A stretch of 64,000 bases of DNA from Lepidodermella squamata (taxonomy: Eukaryota > Animalia > Gastrotricha): positions 2,728,001 to 2,792,000 of the forward strand of contig JBLDXI010000017.1 of assembly GCA_047495785.1 (NCBI GenBank). The letters are read 5' to 3'. Positions within the stretch are counted from its first letter, which is position 1; each line of letters starts with the position of its first letter. Made by a program: the position numbers and the translations under genes. Positions 37,394 through 48,854 of this stretch are shown in pieces. Under the pieces are notes generated by a model. The model had not been told where the DNA came from. It saw nothing but the letters and a program-made list of their open reading frames with translations, and did no database searches.

Positions 37394-37988
37394 TTAACGT
37401 AGTCTGTTGAGGCTCGCGATTGTCCTATTGCAGTTGGGACATTTGTGGTGGTAATCTAAAATTATAACATATATTTTTGTATAAAGACGATGCCGATTCA
37501 ACTGCTACAATTACCTTGTAAATCATCCATACAAAACGGAATAAAGCAGCATCCACAACTGCAGATGAGAAATATTATGTGTCTAATTCAAGGATAGTTG
37601 TTACAACTTACAAGCAGCCGAAAAGTGTGAGACCAGTGCATATAATCCAGGGCAAACCTCCGCTTTGGCGTAATACTTTGGTTGTAACCGAAACGTGGCA
37701 ATAGGGACACTGGACATTGGCTGGTTTTTTCGTAAAAGCCGTAAATGCAATGGTTGACATTTCTGAAGATGGTATAGGCGGGTTCAAGTAGCACGTCACA
37801 TCTTGGAACGTCTGGTACTTGGCTGGCAATTGTTGCTCTTGCGTTGTGATTGGTAGAGGAAACGGCTCGCTGATGTGCTTGTAAGATGGTTTTTCTTCAA
37901 GAATCGGCGTTTTATCAGCGGTCATAATGAAATTTTGAGCACTATTCGAAGTAACGACGAAGTCAACATAGTAGGCGTTTTCAACCAT
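37394..37988 (-). CDS. LITAF-domain protein 12 (no PPxY; start may be 37925)
   Basis: PANVQCPYC...GGLPW...|[14 protein letters not shown]|DYHHKCPNCNRTIA. Confidence 0.92.
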
Positions 37989-39223
37989 AACAACTCTCGC
38001 TGAGAAGGGGTGCGAGTCAAAAATATGAGACCATAAAGGGAAGAAAATGTTTATAAATGGTTTGTCCTAAACCGCCCGAGCACAAGCATAGTGTGACTCA
38101 TTGCGCCATTTTGCGAATGATGCGATGAGTCACAAGCGAAATCGTAAATCTTCTAATAAATGAGATGAGATCTTTCAGTTATGGCCAAGTTAGAATAATT
38201 AATTAATTGCCTGCCTCGTAAATTTTAAAATGGTAGCAACGGATTACTCTTGTTCAGAGGGATCTTTTGATACCGAATTCGAGCTGAAATTCGTAAAATT
38301 CAATTTTATGCGGAATATTTAGTAAAAGCTGGAGATATGAGCGCTCTCATCAGAAGATTGACGAAACCATATTGTTTCTGGTGTTGTTAAGGTAAATCAC
38401 CAAAAATTATCGCAGCTTTCCTAGCAGGCGGTCTCATATTACTTTTTATCAGCCTAATTTCAATAAACAGGTGACTGATTTCCCATGAGTGATCTACCTA
38501 TGCTTTAATGTTGGTTAGCAAACTAATGTTCCCAATGCATGAGAATTGTTTAGGTCAGCTGGGCAATAAAACTATAGCGCTGAAAATTCTCACTTTTCGC
38601 GACAGGGCACGCTACGAGCAGGGTGACTACAGTTTTCGCAGCTGGTCCACGCGCATCAATTTAGCAGTCATAATTATACCGAGAGTGCATACAAGTTGGC
38701 TGAACTACCAAAATAAACACGAAAATTCTTCCTCTTCCGTCTCTTTTCTTCCTTTCTTCCCTCTCTATCTTCCTATTCTTCCTTCTTCTTCTTCTTCCAC
38801 CTCTTCCTTAGCGCCGCGCAGGCCTCTGCGCGCGGCGCTCTTCCTTGTCTTCCTTTTATAGACGAATTTCTGGTGTTTTGAGTCACTGACGAGCCAATCA
38901 GCTTTCGACAAATTTCAATTCGAAAATTATTAAGGCGCATTTTTTATATTGTTTGCTGTTTCACGCACACAGCGATTTTATTGCGCCGCACACTAAGAAA
39001 TGCGTGCATTTTACTTGTTCTACTTGGGTAATAAGTGTGACATGTTTGAAACGCAAAACAGTTATTAATGGCTAAAAAGCGAAAAACAAGAGTCTCAATA
39101 CAGCTAAATTGCAAATGCACAGCCAGATGAGGTCCGGGTGTGTGTTCGGAGGAGAAATTAACCAAAACCAAATGAAGTAAATGTGATCTAAAGGTCTTTT
39201 TCACCAAAGCTGTCTGGCCGCAG

Positions 39224-39252
39224 CATAGATAAATAAAAAAGATTTATCTATG
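39224..39252. mobile_element. 29-bp micro-element: 11-bp TIRs with an 8-bp target-site duplication
   Basis: GGCCGCAG [CATAGATAAAT AAAAAAG ATTTATCTATG] GGCCGCAG. Confidence 0.8.
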
Positions 39253-40718
39253 GGCCGCAGCTGCCACCGGCCGATGAGTAAATACTAGCACGGGTATATC
39301 TTGATATTATGAAATGAACGAAATCCTTGAATGTATTCAACATTTTTATCTAAATTCCTCTCTGAAACCCTCGACTCGTTTGGCTCGGCCAAACTCGCTC
39401 GGGGTTTCATTTCTTTATGGCTTGCTATAGAATAATCCTTTACGACCAAATGGCCAACAGAAAACCAACAGAATCATGGAAACCTTATTCTGGGAATGCT
39501 AGGGAGAAATAAGGGATCTCGCCGTTTGGAAGACGAGCACAACAAAAGAAACCAACCGCTCGCTGCAAAATGGTATCCAGATCGAGGCGGAAATTAACCG
39601 TGGATTTGGGTCAATTTAGCCTGTCGGCATCGAAGACGCGCCGAGAAATCAGTGATTTTCCCCTGTCGCTTATAACTTTGCTATGGCGGCTATAGGCACT
39701 GACTTTCTGTTGCTGCTTAAAATAGCTGCCAGCAAGAGTTTTCGACTACCTCGTTTATCGCCTCTTTTAGCCACATTTTCATTTTCCACGTGAAATTGCA
39801 TAAAAGGAAAATTGAAATTTTCGCTGTTTTGTGACATCCCTAAGATCCTCGAGAAGATGGGATTTCTTGGGACGATTTCTTGGGACTTGGGAGGGTGGCG
39901 GGCGAAATGGGTGGGGAATACCACACTAATGCATCTTAATTAACTAACTGAATTTCCCAAGCTGTTACCCGCCTTACAACTTCGTGACGCCATAATTTTG
40001 TCTGGATACTATCCACGGATTATTTCATGTTGAGCGACGGAGAACAGGTATGAATGCGAACGCTCTTCAAGTGTTCTATAGTGGCCTAGAACATTCAGAC
40101 TGGCGAGAAGAGAGAAGAACATAGAGAAGAAATCCCTAATTTTGGCCACTTCCTAAATTCGGCCGTTGCGACCTAAAATTCGGCCACCGGCCGAAATTTG
40201 GACACAAAGTGTTATGCAGCAGTTTTTTTGCACGCATCTGAAGAATTTTGCATTGCCTGTTTCAATCTGTTTTTGGTTTTTTTCAAGCACGTGATCTCCA
40301 AAAAATGATTCTAAATGAGCGAGCGGGCTCATTTTGTTTCTCAAGTGCTTTGTTACCGTAAAAACAGAGGTTCACGCATTACGTCGTCAAGGAAAATCTT
40401 ACTGATAAAGCAACAAAAGCGATTTCCACAATAAGCTTGCGGCAACCCAACTAATTTCGGCAACCCAATTTCTAGGTGACTACAAAATTAGCCATAAATT
40501 AAGCTAAAATCACTCGGACTTGCTAAAACCGGCATTCGATTACCCCAAGGACTCCTCTATAATTCTGTATTTCTGTATTTGCCGAATATTATCTAAAAAT
40601 TCACTAGGCCGATGGAAAAATAGGAACAATCCAAAAAGTGACCGAATTTAGGGCGCGTTGCTCTACTTTCTAAGCTAAAATACAACTTACACGACTCAAA
40701 TTAGGTATAATGACATAA

Positions 40719-41425
40719 GGTGAATAGTAAGTTGGTACCCGCAAATTCGTAACGTGATATTTTCGTACAAACGAGGTATCTTTTCATATCACTTTCGGTG
40801 ATCTTTTCGTAACGGATTTTCATAGCAAAATTAATTTTCGAAAATTAATTTTGTGATCTTTTCATAACAAATTAAGACGAAGTGGTGATCATTTCGTAAC
40901 ATTTTAATTTAGCGGTCCTTTCATAACAAGTTAAGACGAAGTCGTGATCTCGGGAGCAGGCCAGAGATAGTTGTATTATTTAGAGTTAGGCTCGCCGCAG
41001 AGGATGAAGCTGTGTTATCAGCATGATTTTCAGCTACATCTACCCTAGCCTTATCCGAGTGCACACGCCCAACATGTATCTTAAGGCCGCGCTCATTTTT
41101 ACAAACTTGATTGCAAATTGTACAACGCATCTTACGCAAAATCACGATGAATGGGTGCCGAATCAGCGAAACCACGGTTTTAAGGGCGAGAATACTACAT
41201 CATATCACGCGTTTGCTTCGAAACGATCACTATTTTGTGTTATCATTTAGGTCCGGTTACGAAAAGATCACCACTTTCGAATTGAAATTATGATAATTTA
41301 TTTTGCTACGAAAAAGTCACCACTTTTAATATGAAAATGTATTGATACGAACTTACTCTGTACGATAATATCACGTTATGAATCAACCACTGTACGAATT
41401 TGCGGTTACGAATTTACTATGAATC
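40719..41425. mobile_element. 707-bp non-autonomous TIR element with an 8-bp TSD and an internal C2H2-finger fragment
   Basis: TGACATAA is duplicated at 40711-18 and 41426-33. Imperfect TIRs of about 33 bp (..ATAGTAAgTTgGTAcCCGCAAATTCGTA..) are followed by mirrored TTCGTAAC/TACGAA subrepeats. Confidence 0.8.
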
Positions 41426-41734
41426 TGACATAAAAATCCATAGCTGTTGCATCTCGTTAGCAAAATTTGAGAAATTTTCAACGCATCTTCCCTTGTCAAA
41501 ATTTTACCCAAAATTTAACAAAATTGTTACTAGAAAAGTGTGTCTTTGTCGCTTTATTTACCTGAAATCGGGTCTTTGAAAAATTATATCGCTAGCTCTT
41601 AGCTCCATTTTCATATGGAAATTAATTTGAGAAACCACATGGGTGAGGAGGGTCATTTTGCCATTTTCAAAGCTTATCATAGAAAAAAAATCAGTCGCCA
41701 ATAATCGAATCGAAATCAGACAAACTGATATCCT

Positions 41735-42049
41735 GATATATATATATATATATATATATAAGATGTCAGGTATATTTCGCATATTTTTACAGAATTTTAT
41801 GATGAAAGGCACGGGTAGGCCAGCGGGCAGAAAAAATGATGTAAAGATTGTACCGCTCCCCGTTTTTCAAGCAAGCTCTCGGCATTTGCTGCTGAATTTA
41901 TATCTCACGAGGCACAGCTTTATATTGTAGTTTGGAAGACAGAGTGGAAGAGAGAGTGAGAGAGAGAGAGAGAGTGGAAGAGATAGGTCAACATCGCACA
42001 TTCTCGCTTATTTATTTCAATTTTAATAATAATAATAATAATAATAATA
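41735..42049. repeat. Microsatellite cluster: (TA)n ~41735-41761, (GA)n ~41941-41984, (AAT)n ~42025-42050
   Basis: Visible simple repeats. Confidence 0.85.
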
Positions 42050-42082
42050 TGCGCACTTCGCCGCTCTAATTATCTTGTTGAA

Positions 42083-42634
42083 TTACTTGTTACTATGATG
42101 ACTGATTATTTGATGACATCGAGGGCAACTGTGGTATGTCTCTTAAAAAATTGAAAAAAAACTCCCATTAAAAACCATGTAAATTATAGAGACGTAGGTA
42201 TACCTTGAAAATCTTTGACGCAAAATGGAAGAAAGCAACAACCAAACCTGTAAAAAAACCGCATGAAAAGATGAAGTTTACAATAGATTCTAGATACCAG
42301 CATCCACAAAGCATGCAAAAAGAAAACAGCAACCAGGCAATGACACCGGCATGTTGTTTTGTTGTTGTTGTTACGATTCTGTAATATTATTCAAGTCATT
42401 TATTTTGGGCAACTTTTTTGCGGAGAAAATTTACTGCCGGCAATGGGGACATAGAACTGACGATAAGGGGCATTCTCTTTGCGAACCCAGAGAGTAGACA
42501 GCATTTGCGCCGGTCCTATTGTTGATGGATTCTTGACATTTCGATTGATTGAGATTAGATTGAGCTGCTGAGTCTTGGACAATGACCACGCTGCAATAAG
42601 GTGGGGGTGAATCATTAAGAGCTGCTGACATCAT
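42083..42634 (-). CDS. LITAF-domain protein 13, 4 exons
   Basis: SPPPY...VLCPHCRQ|IVTTTTKQHAGVIAW...|FGCCFLPFCVKDFQ|ETYHSCPRC. Confidence 0.92.
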
Positions 42635-43232
42635 TAAAAAATGTGTTAAAAAAAGCGAAATACGTATAATGAGTTATACTATTTCGTGCGAATATTTAAT
42701 TTGCCGTTTTGTTATTTTCCATAAGCTGACTAATATGATATCAAATAACATAAATGGCCATAAAAGTGTTTGTTTCGCCATTTTATTTACCCATTCATAG
42801 TCGCTTAGGTTCATCATCCGCATATGTGCCGAGGTGAGAGTTGTTATCAGCAGAACGATTGTTTTCCTATTATACCTATGAGCGAGCATGTATAATGTAG
42901 TAACGCCGATATAACAACCCATGTTTGTCGTCGACATTGAGACGGTCGGCGCATATCATCGCCACGATGCGTGAAGCCCCGCGCATTTAGCCGCCTGTTG
43001 AGAAAAACACCTAAGGTCACTTATATATAAAGATGTCGCCGATTATCTAGAATCATCAAAACGGTCTCCAAAATCGACTGTTCCTAATTATTTATTAACA
43101 GAATTAAACTTTGAAACGCACATGCAAATTGAAGGTATAGAGGCGTGGAATCTCGCATAAATTAAGCATAAAAAAATTTGAAAACGAAAACGGTGATTGA
43201 AATGTTACACCAGCAGTTCCTCTGCCGCGCTT

Positions 43233-43727
43233 TTAAATGCGGCGATACAATCCGATAGTGCTGTGGCAGTTTGGGCACGAGTGGCGAACGTCCTTGAAAC
43301 TGTCGATGCAAAACGGGATCACGCAGCACCCAAACCTGAGAAAAAGTTTTTTCATAACCAGTTGCCTTTAAAGTTTGCCTTACCAGCAGCCAAAGACTAG
43401 ACAGCCTGTGAAGGCCAACCAGGTGCAGAGCCCATTTTCGTAATGAATGTCGGTACCTAAGACGTAAGCGCGGCAATTAGGGCACGTCGCAGCACAAGGC
43501 TCGGGGCCATATTCCGGATTTTTGATCGAAATAACCTGGGTGCCTAATAATCAATGAATCGAATTTGCGTTGGTAATTAACAGAAAATTACTCGAGACTG
43601 GTTGAGTAATTATGGTGACCGATGATCCATTCGGTATTCCTATAGTTGAACCCTGAGTGACGGCTCCGTAGAGTGCAGGTGGTTTTTCGGATGGAAGAAC
43701 GGGGCTATAAGCTGGCGGGCTTTCCAT
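43233..43727 (-). CDS. LITAF-domain protein 14, 3 exons
   Basis: MESPPAY...|...YGPEPCAATCPNC...FGCW|[23 protein letters not shown]. Confidence 0.94.
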
Positions 43728-44507
43728 CGAGGCCAAAAATAATGCTGGTCACAGCGATGAACTATAAAGAATCAACGATGGCTGGAATTGACACGCTTTC
43801 GGCGAAAAAAAACCACGATAATTGGAGGGAAGCAGACTCGTGCTCTGAAAAATTGGCGCTAAACCACATGACTGCCATGTTGAAAATTGGGCGCGTGCTT
43901 CGAGTGGCATCAAATGTCTGGAATGCTGTTGATTTCAAATTGACCTGCCACACCCAGAATTTTTTTTAATTTTCCATACTCGGCCAAAAATAACGAAATA
44001 ATGAAACATCACCAGCTTTATTCATAGAGCACGCGCTGATTGTAAATTCATCTTTTTACAAACGTTAACAAAATGTAGAGAAGCTTTTTTATCAAGCAAA
44101 TCCAACACATTACTCTAATTTCAAATTCCCTTCAAAGGGCAGACAATATTTCAAATAGCCACCTTTTCAGACTTAAGATTCATAAGTAATTAGAGATTAG
44201 CTTTTCCGGCGAAATAGCTATAACAAAAAATGGTGGATTATAAATATTGAGATGACACAGGGTCCGGATCAAATGATGATGCATGATAGATGGAACTCAT
44301 CAATACTGAGCTGGCCAACAAAACTAGTTTCCGGTGTGAAAAAGAATCGGCTGAAAAATGGCGCTAACACGCATGATTATATACAAATTGCCGCGGCAAC
44401 ATACTTCAAAATGCCAGTATACAATGTTTAAAGAAGTAGCGTATATTCAGACTTGAATAGATCAGATCATTCAACTGCTGACAAGCGATATGTATTCGTT
44501 AAGCGAT

Positions 44508-45068
<561 letters not shown>

Positions 45069-45213
45069 TTCGTCAATAGAAAATGCAAGTATTAATCACC
45101 ACTATACGAATTGAATAGAATAAAGTGAATACACGCTATACCAAGCAACCATCCATTCAGAAAATTCGCACTGAAATTTACGTTAGTCCTTACATTTTAC
45201 CCAAGAGCGAAGA

Positions 45214-46100
45214 ATGGTACTAATAACTGGTGTAAAATGGGCTGTTGGGATCATCGCAATAGCGGCTGCTTGTTGCAGTGTAGCCGTTGGCCTACCAATG
45301 TGGATAGAACTCAACTACAGCGGGGCGGCTCAGCCAATCTATCTCAGATTTGGACTCTGGCAAGTTTGCGTCTCTATCAACTCTGGCGATCTCAGTTGCA
45401 CCGAATACGGAGCATCGTCTTCGACCCCGACCCAAACCGCCCGATATTTAGGCACGGCCGGGGCTGGTGCTTTAGTTCTGGCTGATGTCATCCTTATAAT
45501 GTACACATGCCAATGTGCTCAAACTCTATGCCTAGCTGCCACCGCTTTGTTATTAACCATGGGAGGAGGTAAAATCCAAAATAATAGCATCTGCCTTAAT
45601 TTACAAGAATCAATTCTCATTTCAGTTGCACTTGGAGGAGCATCTGCCGGGATATTTTTCACCAACAATCTGACATCCAATTCGAAAATTGGGCTGGCTG
45701 GGATCATCGAAATGGTCGGCTTAGGAGTTGGCTTCATCGGATTTCTCGTCCTTGCAATTTCAACATTCAAATGTGAGTTTTTCAAATTCAATATTAATCG
45801 TCATATGATTTTCGATCGATAGCTCCGGCAGAGGAGAAAAAGCCCGACCCGCCGCCGCCTTCGTATTTACGAAATCAACGACGAGTGTTTCCGGATTATT
45901 CACACAATCCGAATGAAGACCACGACGCCGGAACAAGTTTGCCAGCAGTTGACGAGGCTCAGTATTACATGGAGCGATTTAAGCATTACCAAGACCAATA
46001 TGACGAATCTCGAAGTGTCGCGAGAGAAACAGAACGAAAACGATACGACAGGTACCAGAAATACATCAAAGAACTCGAAAACAATTACACGTACATGTAA
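45214..46100 (+). CDS. Claudin/PMP22/EMP/MP20-superfamily four-TM protein, 3 exons
   Basis: First loop has the W...GLWQVC...C signature; four hydrophobic segments; charged C-tail. Confidence 0.8.
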
Positions 46101-46202
46101 ACAGCAATATTTCTACTTTTTAAATAAAAATCTACACAGAGAAAAATTGAAATACAATACAACAATTTAATAATAGCTATATATTTTTGCACAATATTTC
46201 CC

Positions 46203-48854
46203 TCATTCCATTGCATCTTCGTTCTCCTTCGAATGTTTAGTAGCATTTTCGACCGAAGCGACTAAATCGGTCTTTTTCAGCCGTTTTACTGCCCCGGCGT
46301 GGACTGCGCCAGATGCAGCGGCGGCCGACGCCACGGCCCTTTCAGCGGCTTTAGCCCTCAACTCTTCAACCAACTCAGCTTCGTCGGTTTTAGCCCATTC
46401 AAGGACTAAACGGCGGCCGTAGAAATGGGTTGAGAATCGCAGCGCATCGAAAGCCCGTTTCGCATCTTCAATCGAGTGGAAATCGACGAAACCGAAACCG
46501 CGATGTAAATTCGCCGATCGGCCACCGCCACTTCGGCCTGAAACAGACCCAATCGCTTGAACAACTGCCTTCTTCGGCAACCGCACTGAGCGCAGACTTC
46601 CGAAAACCGCAAACAACTCCTGAATGTCTTTCGTATTAGCTTCGAAGGGAATGTTTCGAACCAATATTCTAGTCGATGGCTTTTGACCAGTTGAATCAGC
46701 ACCGGCTGATTTAGACGCGACAGCCTTTTTCGTCGACTTCGTGTGATTCACTGATATCTTCAAATCCAACTTATGTTCGTCCAACTCACTGTGCTGCATT
46801 TGTTTTAGCGCCTCTTGGGCAACATGAGCGTCTGTGAATTCAACAAAGCCGTAGCCAAGAGAAAGCAGCTGCTTGTGAGAATCTTTGTTGCGAGCAATTG
46901 TCGCGTGGACAACTTTACCCGGAAATTTCGCATTGAAATGACCTTTCAACGCCTCATCCGTTGTTTTGAAATTCAAATTTTTAACAAAAATCGTGGTATG
47001 TCCGTCATCAACCACGACAGGTGGCTGAGTTGGTGCAACAGCAGGGGCAGGTTGAGCTTTATTTTCGGCTTCACTCGGCTTTTTCTCGGGCTCTGGAGCA
47101 GGTTCAGGTTGAGCAGCAATGTCCTTGAGCAAAGGTGCATTTTCGGAAAACACATCCACAGGAGCCCATTCCAAATAAAGAGGTAGATCTTTGAACCGCC
47201 GATAAGCCAACGCACGAAAAGCTGATTTCGCCTCGTTTGAGTCGGAATATTCAATTAAAGCAGTAACGCCACTTGGAGGCACTACAAGGCGGACGATTGT
47301 TCCATGTTTATCAAACATTGATTTAATTTCGTCTTGTTTCGTCCGAGCCGGAAGATTTTTTACTAAAATTGTAGTTTTACTGCGTTTGACTACGGGCTTG
47401 CCAAAAGCCTCCAAATGGACACCATGTTCCTCCAGGAACTTCTTCGTCTTTAGAACTATTTCAGTCTCACCCAGCGCCATTCTAACCGCAGCCCCAGTTT
47501 GATCGAATAGCTGCTTCTTATCGGCACCTAAACGAACATCAATTTAATAAACAATCGCTAGTTTTCACGCTAACTTACCATATTCGGCAGCAACACTATC
47601 AATGACAGCATTAGTTCCGACAAATAGTGCGTTCCAATTATGGGAGCTATTAGCGGTTTGTTTCAATGCAGCTTCTTTATCAGCTTTGAATGAAGATCCA
47701 GAGAAACCATTATCCTTATTTTCACCCGGCTTTTCGCTTTCAACTTTGCCTTCTGCTGGGATTATATGAAGCATTCTACCCTGAAAACTGGTGCCGTCGA
47801 GTTCATTGATAGCTCTCACGGCATGCTCAGGAAGCAAGTAGCTAACGAAAGCGAAGCCTTTGTTTCTCTTGGTGATCTTCTCGAGAGGCAGATAAACCTC
47901 GGTTAACTCGCCAAACTTTGAAAATAGCTCTTGGAGATCATCCTCGGTGCAAAGGTAAGACAAGTTGCGAATGAAAAGACGACCGGAATCCGAAATTTCA
48001 GCAGCTATTGCAGACGGGTCACGGGTCGGAAACTTGCCGGTCTTCTTGCCCATCCGATCTTTAGGCTCCGATGCCATAGAAGTTTGGCGGACAACACGAG
48101 TGACTTGCGCTTTTTTACCGCCCAAGAAACTTTTGTTTCGTCGTAGAGCTTGGTCAACTAGCTTAGAATTGGCGAATTCAACATGAACGATCGAGTTTTC
48201 GCCCGGCTTTCTCTTCTTACCGCCCATTATAATGCGCTTGATGTCAAGACCGCAAAAAAACTGCTTCACTTGCTCCTTACTGACGTTGAATGGAACGTTC
48301 TTCAACTTGACCATTGAAGCATATGCTTCACTTAGATCAGGATCGAAAATCTCTTCCTTGGATTTCGCATCGTTATCTCCAGTTTTGCCATTCTTCGCTG
48401 CGTGACCTGTAGTATTTGCTTTCGATTTCAGGTCAACCGGCTTGGCTGACAAGTCATTTTCCCAAACTTTGTCACCCTGTTGATGGAGATTGATGAACTC
48501 AGCAAACTTCGGGTCCGATTTCAAGTCATCGGGTAGTAATTTGTGGCGAAGATTAATTCCATCTTGCTGACTGTTGTTGTTTGAAACCGGAACTTTAGGA
48601 ATACTATCTGCCAAATCTTTGCAAAATTCCACTCGCACTTTCGAAGTTCCGATGCAAGTGTTGTCAAAATATTTGACGGCCGCTTCAGCCTCCCCCGCAG
48701 TAGGGTAACCGATGAAGGCGAATCGCCTTGATTTGCCACTGGTTGTGTATTTAATAGAACAGTCGGTGAGACAACCTTTCTGCTGAAAAACTTCGCGCAG
48801 TTTCTCCTCAGTCATCCAACCCGGAAGATTTTTTACAACGACTCTCGTAGCCAT
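46203..48854 (-). CDS. RBM19: RNA-binding protein 19 (Mrd1), six RRMs, one intron
   Basis: RVVVKNLP...GKSRRFAFIGY; SGRLFIRNLSY; SHNWNALF; AVRMALGET; LYLEWAP; STHFYGRRLVLEWA. Confidence 0.96.

Noticed and set aside
38810-38839. GC-rich hairpin AGCGCCGCGC...GCGCGGCGCT as a Helitron 3' end or terminator
   Set aside because: No CTRR at the expected distance and no 5' end found; rho-independent terminators do not apply to this eukaryotic DNA.
40134-40653. Possible degenerate TIR element (CCCTAATTTTGGCCACTT / AAGTGACCGAATTTAGGG)
   Set aside because: Short imperfect match with no TSD; boundaries cannot be supported.
40740-41410. Recurrent TTCGTAAC/GATCTTTTC motifs as a CRISPR-like array
   Set aside because: Irregular, degenerate and mirrored; explained as subterminal repeats of the TIR element.
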